Source of the DNA: Klebsormidium nitens
Lineage: Eukaryota > Plantae > Klebsormidiophyceae
Direction of reading: 5' to 3'
DNA: 64,000 bases
NCBI GenBank assembly: GCA_000708835.1
Contig: DF236967.1
Span: 62,001 to 126,000 of the forward strand
Shown here piece by piece: positions 61,244-64,000 of this stretch. The notes under the pieces are model-generated. The model was given only the letters and a program-made list of their open reading frames with translations, had not been told where the DNA came from and did not search any database. Both the position numbers and the translations under genes were made by a program. Positions within the stretch are counted from its first letter, which is position 1, and each line of letters opens with the position of its first letter.

Positions 61244-64000
61244 CTACAAGAAATCCTTCTGAATCATGTCCTTCAAAAGTTTGATCCTATCGATGACCTT
61301 GGGCCTCATCAAAGCCGCCGCCTCCTTGAGCATCGTCGAGGCTTTTGCTCCAGTGAAGTAGGCTTTCAATACGCTGCTGACCACTTCATACAGCGCCTCT
61401 GGCGTCCTGCACAGTGAGGAGAGAAGCCTACGTCATGCAACGCGCACATGAACATGAGTACAGCTCAGGCCAAGCCCCGAATACACTCTCTCTCAACCTC
61501 CTATCACGACAAGCTCGTCCCTTCCGTCCCTTCACTTGCTGACGGAGAAAACAACCAAGGCTAGTCTGAAAACGTGCACTTTGTTGTCCCAATTGTTTCA
61601 AAGGTAAATAGTCGACAAGGAAGAAGGGTTCGCATCTGCTTTATAACAAAATGGTTTAAAAGGTGAATTCAACCGCCTTGGCAAAGCGGTCGCCCTCAAT
61701 TGGACTGCAAACCATTTGCTTTTAAGCGCACTCAAAAGCGAAAAGGCAGTTACGATTCTGGGAAAGGCGCAATCTACAATAACAGTGTGGGTTAAAGTCC
61801 GTCCTCAGACGTGACATGGCCGTCTCTAAGTCGTTGACGAGTTCGCGGTCAACCAGACAGCAAGCCCTCTGGTTTAGAACGCGAAGAAACCTCTAGACGT
61901 CTTAGAAAATACAATCTAAAAGATTCCGGTCTAAAGCAACCGCGACCTCACGCGTAGAGCGTGGCCATTCCCGCGTCTTCAAAGGGGCCGCTCGCCCGCT
62001 GTCGCTGGTCAAGGTAGGCATCACAATCAATCATGTTTACAAAACTGCAACAAAACCCTCCAATCAACTGACACCAAATCCAGCCGCAACCAGAGCACCA
62101 AAACAATCTTTAGCCATGACAGAAGTCCCCGGTGCAGGCTTACGTGTAGAGCATGGCGTTCTCCGCGTCTTCGAAGGGGTCGCTCTCGTCGCCCGGCTCG
62201 AAGGCCTGCTCGAGCGCGCGGTAGCGCTCCTGCGGGTCGTCGATGGTAATCAGGTAGCGCAGGATGCGCACCTCCTTGGGCAGGTACATCTGCTGGCTCT
62301 GCTGCGCCTTGAAGTACATGTGCGCCATGATGTCCTTCACCTGCGGGGAGGAGGCACACCACACTAGTTGGTCAGTACGGCCAGAAGCAACCGTCACTGT
62401 CACCGTCAATGATTTGAAGTAATTTAGGACGTCATGTCTACTGGCATGCGCTATGATATTCTTCACCTGCAAGGCGAAACAACACCACACTAGTGGTTCA
62501 CCGGGGGCCAGGAAGACACGACAGCCACTTGCTCTCAAGAGATTGGGTCGTCATGACCAAGAAGAGGGTAAGAGGGTGCGCGCGCGTTTTCAAGGAAGAC
62601 GCGTTAGGACGGAGACAGTTCTTTGAATACAAACAAGTAGACCATCACGCCCTCAAAACGAGGAGGTAACCTAGGTTCAGAGAGATCCAGTGGCGCTCAG
62701 CATGTTCTAAATTACGGCACTGCCTCTTCTGAGCAGTGTGATGAGGAGAGGTCGGTGTGAGAGGGGAACATGTCTGTGTTGACCCACTCCTGAAAGCGAA
62801 ACCGCAATCTCTGGTAACAAACGGCGGAAAATAGTGTTGACGCCGGGCCTCGACCTAGCCACGTCCCCACATTGGCAGGAAACTGCCCGCAGGGGTTGAG
62901 GTCGCCAAAGTGCTGGGTGCTATTTCCAAGCAAAGCTGCTCTCACAAGCCACGATAGCCCAGTGTCGCCACGACAAGACCTGCACTTTATTACATTGCGA
63001 CTCTAGCTCATGCGCTCACCATCTAAGAAAGGACGAAATCTTTGATATCCTGGCCTCCAGTTTGCTCCTGTCGGTGTTTGAAACCAAGTAAGACCACCTT
63101 CCGTCAAAAAGCGACCGCTGATTGACCTCCTACCCTCGCTACACCTCCCAGCTTCACACGACGAAAACGAGAGTCGTCAACACTAACCTCGTCCCTAACC
63201 AGGTTCGTGTCCTTGGCCGCGCAGTACGCCTTGGACATGGTTAGCAGGAGCGCGGGGTCTAACCCGCCGGTTTGCGCGAGCTGGTCGATTTTGCTGTCCA
63301 GCGTGGAAAGGTCGGGGGAGTCGAGCAGGCCCAGGAACTTTTCTTCCGCTTTGAGCATCAGCGCTTCGTCCTTCTGAATGTTGTCGTGTACCTGGATCGC
63401 TGTGACCAGCTTCGCCGACAGGTTCACGAGCTCTGCGCAGGTTAGCGGGAAAGTGGGTTAGAAGGGTTGGAAAACGCTAGCTTGACGAACTGGATAACAA
63501 AATCCGCCGAGGTTAGTCGAGAGTGGGTTAGCGGCAGTCGCAGCTTACGAAAGATAATGACGAGCTGTGCAAAGGGTAGCGGGAAAGTAAATCAAGAGGG
63601 GTTTAGTGACTACGCAGGGACACCTCGAAAGGATTAACTAGCAGACTTGCTGAAGTTCTTACTTTGCTGAGCGGCTCCGCAAATGACAGCGCAAAAAGGT
63701 TCTCAAGCTCACGAATGAGCGTCACCAACTTCGCCGACAACTTGGTGGGCTCTAGGATGTCAGGACTGGCGGCAATTGAGGAGGAAGACAGGGCGAAGAG
63801 AAGGTATGAAGGAATAAAGACACGTAAGGGTTTTTGCAAACATCGAATGGGACAGAACACCAGAAAGAGGTGGCAGAGTGACTGGATTTGAACGGGCTTA
63901 ACAAACCCAAGAAAGATGTACTTCCTAGTGTAGCATCAAATAACGAACGCTCCTTGAGAAAAGACACCACAGTTAAAGAGAATGAGCACCTCAAACGGCC
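61244..64000 (-). CDS. At4g37920-like (CDB1-family) chloroplast protein, 5' partial. Exons seen 63188..63432, 62144..62340, 61244..61406
   Basis: KFLGLLDSP, LDPALLLTMSKAYCAAKDT, VKDIMAHMY, PKEVRILRYLITIDDPQERYRALEQAF, LYTTPEALY and KVIDRIKLLKDMIQKDFL* match the recalled At4g37920 pattern (AKDIMYH, PKEIKLLKYLL, ALYTTPKEL). Phases are compatible. Upstream exons lie beyond the window. Confidence 0.8.

Noticed and set aside
48614-64000. STN8, ATPD and the At4g37920-like gene as a chloroplast-function cluster
   Set aside because: Plastid-targeted genes are common in plant nuclear genomes, EB1 is interleaved, and no shared motif was seen.
1-64000. tRNA, rRNA, CRISPR array or prokaryotic operon
   Set aside because: No T-loop/D-loop cloverleaf, rRNA signature or regularly spaced repeat-spacer pattern was seen; the DNA is spliceosomal-intron-rich and eukaryotic.

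Overview
Intron-rich eukaryotic nuclear DNA from a green plant. GC-rich exons, land-plant-like proteins and 150-1000 bp introns suggest a streptophyte alga such as Klebsormidium (inference). Twelve spliced or partial protein-coding genes could be reconstructed by hand: a PPR-like protein (5' partial), DNA polymerase lambda, UPF2, an NDT-type mitochondrial carrier, a DUF246/GT106 O-fucosyltransferase-family protein, a secreted fungal-type (GH13_1-like) alpha-amylase homolog, a Wali7/DUF3700 amidotransferase-fold protein, endonuclease III, STN8 kinase, EB1, chloroplast ATP synthase delta, and an At4g37920-like protein (5' partial). Most ORFs in the supplied track are shadow or intron read-through ORFs. 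No rRNA, tRNA or CRISPR array was seen. The most notable observations are: (1) the amylase homolog has lost two of three catalytic residues and carries a 7-Cys insert; (2) two ~160-190 bp foldback elements share a 43-bp telomere-motif core but have unrelated inverted arms; (3) duplicated splice sites in the At4g37920-like gene and UPF2; (4) two GC-AG introns; (5) four head-to-head gene pairs.
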